From contig DF236952.1 in the NCBI GenBank assembly GCA_000708835.1, forward strand, positions 372,001-436,000: a stretch of 64,000 nt of DNA, given 5' to 3'. Positions 59,179-64,000 of this stretch are shown piece after piece (positions within the stretch are counted from its first letter, which is position 1; the number at the start of each line of letters is the position of its first letter). Under the pieces are notes generated by a model, which did no database searches, had not been told where the DNA came from, and worked only from the letters and a program-made list of their open reading frames with translations. Position numbers and translations under genes: made by a program. This stretch comes from Klebsormidium nitens (taxonomy: Eukaryota > Plantae > Klebsormidiophyceae).

Positions 59179-62100
59179 CGCGCGTCTCATGGTTGCCTGT
59201 CCATTACAATTGTTTACAAGGTGTTTAGCTTGGGTATCTTCATCGTCCTTCCATCTTGAGCTAGACCAACAGAGAGTTGAATTGTCAAAGGTGCATGGTA
59301 CAACTCCGTGTTGAACATTGCAGGCAAACTTGAATCAGGTAATTACTACGGCTTGTATAGTGTCATCTCTAACATGCTGAGTTGGGGTCAAGTTGCAATC
59401 CGATTGTGTACCTAATGAATCAGAAAGATACTCTTATGAGTAGCTGGAGCGGCAGCTCCAGAGCTCTTGCATGTGTGCACCATCAAGCAGATGGCATGTC
59501 TAGGCTGTACAATGTACATGTTGCGTACAAAAACGTTTTCGGCTGGTGCGCTTCATTGTCACGCTGTAGAGGCTCGTTGCCGTGGCTCATCGGAGCTGCG
59601 CGCGCGCGCGAGTTGTGAGCCGTTGATATTAGGGCTCGACCCGATCGGACGGCTGTAGGTTGCTGCAGTTTGTAGTCTACTGTGTGTAGACCCGAATGCT
59701 GAGTGACTGCGGCCAGCCCTATAAGCTGGACCCGAAAGTTGCTGATGCAACTTTCTGTACGTTGCCTTGAGAGAGAGAAGTCGCGCTATGGCGGCCTAGT
59801 GAGGTCTTTGATGGCAGCTTCTCTTCATGGGTGCCAAAGTGCAGAAGTTCCCTGAGCGCATGTGCTTGCGCTCTTGTATGACGTGCGGTGTGCAACTTGG
59901 CGGTGTGCCAAGCGGATCGGTGGGTCCATCATAAGTGGAATGCTTATATTTATGGGGGGGGGTAGCCAGCTAGTTTTGTTGTTGTTGGATTGGCATGATG
60001 CAATGCGTAGATGATGCGGAAGAGATGCTGGTGCCGAGGCGCTGCCGCAGCGATAGAGTACCGCATGACATCAATCCCAGACTCACGAGTCACACTAGGC
60101 CCCCTCATGCAAGATTAATTCAAGTGAAGGTCAGTGTGCACATTCGCGAAAATACGGCAGATCAAATGATTGTGCTAGGTCTGGCAAGCTTCGATCAACT
60201 CGCTGCAGCCACGTATAGCACAGACCGGATTGACCAGCATCGGCAATCAATGATTGCACATGCTGCAATGGGCCATGACCGCCACTTTGGACTAAAGGTT
60301 ACTCAGTGGCATGCAAACGGATCGGAAACTTATATAGTGGGTTAGATATGTCGAAATGGACAGGTGTCGTGTGCAGTATGTTTGCATGTGCGAGCGAAGC
60401 AGCAACTTCGTAGATGGCCAACTAGTGCATGGCAGTGACCTGGCATGTATAAGTATCAGATACGGCCAAACGCATGAGGTGTGGGAGGCAGCCACAAGGA
60501 TCTTGCATCCGCAAGTGATGGAGTATGAACGAGATGAGGGGTAGAAGCCTGAATGTGCGGTTATTGTGCATATTCAAAATGGCCAGCATACTCAACGCAC
60601 CTACGATTCAGATAGTACTACCTCGTTAGCAACTCAATAACTTTAGTGTTTTGCTTTTCAACAGCAGGTAAATGTGATTTGTCTGGAAACAACTTGAAAC
60701 TTCGGGTAATCTCCAAACACTGTAGGAGGTGCGCAGTGTAGAGATCAGAACCTGCAGAATGAGCGTCCGCTTGTGAGAAAGAACAAGCCCTGAAGATGAA
60801 CTGCGCCAAAGAAATCAATTTCGTGGGTATCAGGTTGAAATTTAGAGGACATGTAGGTCCGCAAAATCAGAACTTCAGATGCGGCCGTAGATGTCCCCAG
60901 TCCCTCTCGCTTATTAAGTTTTTGTGTTGAACCCAACCAATGTGGATGGCAGTGTTCGACCGTCAATAAGCATATACAGCATGATATCTGTTTATCATAT
61001 ACGAGAAAGCCGAAAGTTGGGGCATCAAGAACCAACCGGCCAAGCAGTCAGAACAGCAGAATCCGGGTGAGCGGAATAAACTTGGAAGAATGGCACTGTG
61101 AGCAGCGACATCAATCCCTTATAATTGCTTCAGGATTAGCAACAGCAAAGACGACTGCCCACATGAGCTGTATCAGAAGCCAAGCGTACAGCTTTGTTTT
61201 CAGGCGAGGCTGCGGCATTTGATCAGTGCGCAACCCCTCAAAGTTGTGGTTTATCGTCATTTACAGCTCAGACTGATCAAACAAGTGCATCCCAAGAATC
61301 ACACAGAGATCAGATCAGGTCGACTCAGGTGGAACATGACGAAAAAAGCGAAAACAACAGGCTAACACTTCATAGTTACGTACTTAACACTTGTAACACT
61401 ACTTGTTACATAGTAACAAGACAAGATCCATGCCCACTTCAAACCTGACAATCCTGATACCAGTAGTAAGCACGAGGCAGACAATACGATGTTCGGGGGA
61501 TGCTCAGACCCTTAGATTCCGCCATCAGATTGCGCTCAGCACTATAAAGTGTGATCTGAATTTCGTCATCGCATCCCCCTTTGTTTAAGCAGAGCCAAAC
61601 CCCTCACAGCAATGCAACCAAGTTCAGCATGGAAGGTCCAAGCGGATCCGAATACATGAACACAGAACATTGATCTGACAACAGGAAGATTGATACAAAA
61701 CATTCAAAGGTACCACCAAACAAAGTCGGGTTCTGATGCTGAGAGAAACCTACTGCCAACATGATGCAGGGTCACCAGAAATCAGATCGGCAAAAGCAGC
61801 AACCAGAGGCTATGAAGCTGCCATAAGCACTCACCTCAACGAAGCGATGGGCTGAAGGGAGGCGTTTCTTCAGGCCGCAATCTTCTTATGCCACCATCGA
61901 GATGACTTGCACCCTGCAGAATAGGACATCAGCACATCAGCAGCGGCACCAAGCGGAAACAACACAAAACAGAAACCATCTTTGCATGGCCCTGAAGAAG
62001 GGAAAGAAACGGCAGATTGATGTTTCCCGCAAAGCACGAAGACGTCAGGGGGGCCCAAGTAGTAGGCAAGTGCCCCTCAGTACTCGTATCAAAGCAGGAG

Positions 62101-63928
62101 CTGCTCTCTGGGCTGCCGAACACCGGCTCAGGAAAGGAGTCCATGGCTGGTTGCCTGAAGAGCGGCCCATTGTCACAAAATGATTTACATGGACAAGAGC
62201 ATGTATGCAGATCAAGCACCCAAGAACAACAACAAAAGGATTTGAAGAGGGCACTAAACAGAAGACTCCATGCCACATTTGAGGCAGGCTGGGAGCAGGG
62301 TGGAAAAATAATCTTAAGATTGTCACAAAACAGTGCGAGGCTATACCTTGTTGTGGTGAAGGTGCCGCTGTCTTGCTTGAGAAAGGCCACAGACTCCACC
62401 TGTAGAACAAGGAAGGCAACTGATGACTGCTGTGTTCACAGAGACCCTGCAAAGATTACAGACCTCAAATCATTATTACCCATGACTCATTTTATTTGAG
62501 TTTCGTCAATGATTCGCTTCCAATGGAGGCAACTCGTAAGAATGATGCCTGGTAACGGTGCCATACACCGCACAGAAGACAGAGACCACCACCACATACT
62601 GAACCACAGATGGACAGGGGCCAGCGTGAAAAACTTGCAAAAAGTGGTTTACAGGCGGGCAAACAAGTGCACAAAGGAAAAGCTTGAATACGACTCATCA
62701 AGCATTTCCAGAGTCCCTTTTCTAACGCTTTATGAAAGCACACAAGAGAGTCAGAGGCCAGCAAACCGGACAGAGGCGAACCACATCCAACATTTAGGCC
62801 ACATCAAAACTTAAGATGTCCCAAGCCCGTCGTCCCGTTCGCAGCACCTGTGGCCGCGGCGGGATAGCGAGGGCTGGGTGCATGTGGCAGGCAGGGTCTT
62901 CAGTCCTGAGAGCCGCACTGCTGTCGCTGCCTGGGAACGGGCTCATGGGCATAGAAACGACCAAGAACCAACTTTAAAGGAGCCAAGACCACTGAACTTC
63001 AAGCTGTGAAGAAGTCGTTTCTTATTGAGATGGCAATGAGGTCAAACTGCTTTGGACCGCTGCTTTTGGACATTGGAGACAATTGGGAAGGGAATCTACA
63101 CTTAAATGGAGCATTTCAGTTCTGTAGACTTAGACAAAGAGGATAGGCACAAGGGACGTACTGACGTAAATGGCCAAGGCGATCAGAAAACTTTGAAGAC
63201 TGATCATTGTTTGATCCACACCGGCGTGGGCCTATTCGGTTGGAGAAAGATCTGAATCATCATCTCGCGGGCCAGGGATCCGACGCAGTTGCAAAAATGG
63301 AGAAACAATCTACTGCTTACAAGACAAGGGCAAAGTTGGTGAGGGTAGAGACCACAGAATTGAGAATTTATCAGAGATTCAGATAGAGCTCAGATTTTCT
63401 GGTATGCTAACATGTGCAGAAAAACAAGAAGCATGCACCCTCTCAAGCACCAACCTAAAGTGCAGCATTTGATGAGCAGAACAATCCATTTGGTGGTTGC
63501 AAGAGACCTTGGATCAGCTACTGGCTTGGCTCCGTAGAGCTATCGCAAAGTTGGAATCAGCGTCGATCATTTGGGGAAAGGGTCATCCTTTCCAAGGCCT
63601 CTTGCATATATGACATGAGCAGCAGAATAGATGATCTGTGTGTTTCGGCAATTTAAAAGAGTGGCTTAGAGTTTGTCTGTGTCTGGTAACATCAGACTCT
63701 ACTGACTACTATCAACAGGGAGCGCAATCAGAAAGGACAAAAGGAAGCAATGGAAACAAATGAAACCCCTTTCAATGAGGTGGTAATGGTTGTTGATAAA
63801 ACTCGTAACAAATGATGACAAAACCTAAAGAACTTCAAGATTCCACCCCCCCTTGATCCAATCAAAAACAATAACTGGTCTGTAGCAGAACAATTCAGCT
63901 GCCGAGCAACCTGAGTGTACCAACTCAC

Positions 63929-63951
63929 CTTTCTTTTAGGATGGCATTTGT
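63929..63951 (-). other. Possible 23-nt internal exon of a gene extending beyond the window
   Basis: Flanked by cctgcag and gtgagt on the minus strand; can read TNAILKE. No recognisable homology and no confident downstream exon. Confidence 0.3.
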
Positions 63952-64000
63952 CTGCAGGTTGCAATGTACGTCCGGTAATCCCTGCCGAGAACAAAACAGC

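Noticed and set aside
59200-63900. ORFs of 60-160 aa in the last 4.7 kb (e.g. 61929..62399, 62017..62499)
   Set aside because: No recognisable domains, overlapping ORFs on both strands and no coherent splice chain; treated as intergenic or UTR sequence.
1-64000. rRNA, tRNA, snRNA genes and autonomous transposons
   Set aside because: No conserved rRNA segments, cloverleaf/A-B box patterns, or transposase/integrase/RT motifs were recognised by eye; tRNAscan-SE, Infernal and RepeatMasker would be needed to exclude them.

Overview
Intron-rich eukaryotic genomic DNA from a green-lineage organism. The plant-type gene set, GC-rich exons and short GT-AG introns point to a streptophyte alga, most plausibly Klebsormidium-like (inference). 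I assembled eight multi-exon genes by hand from splice sites and reading-frame continuity. They are a 3' partial MINDY3-type deubiquitinase (+), an MFS transporter (-), a ~36-repeat LRR protein fused to an XK-like multi-pass membrane region (+, with an in-frame TAA), peroxisomal hydroxypyruvate reductase HPR1 (-), a CruP-type lycopene cyclase paralog (+), a secreted triple PAN/apple-domain protein (-), an AFG1/LACE1 ATPase (-) and an S28 prolyl carboxypeptidase with a C-terminal membrane anchor (+). No rRNA, tRNA or CRISPR was seen. The most striking non-genic structure is a set of pervasive 'splice-junction echo' arrays. These are tandem, decaying copies of [intron end + exon start] or [exon end + intron start] stacked next to the real exon, mostly with a ~150-185 bp period and usually with the AG/GT and branch-point-like motifs retained. 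There is also a small MITE-like family, two copies of which bracket one PAN exon in inverted orientation. All coordinates and spacings were counted by hand and may be off by a few bases.
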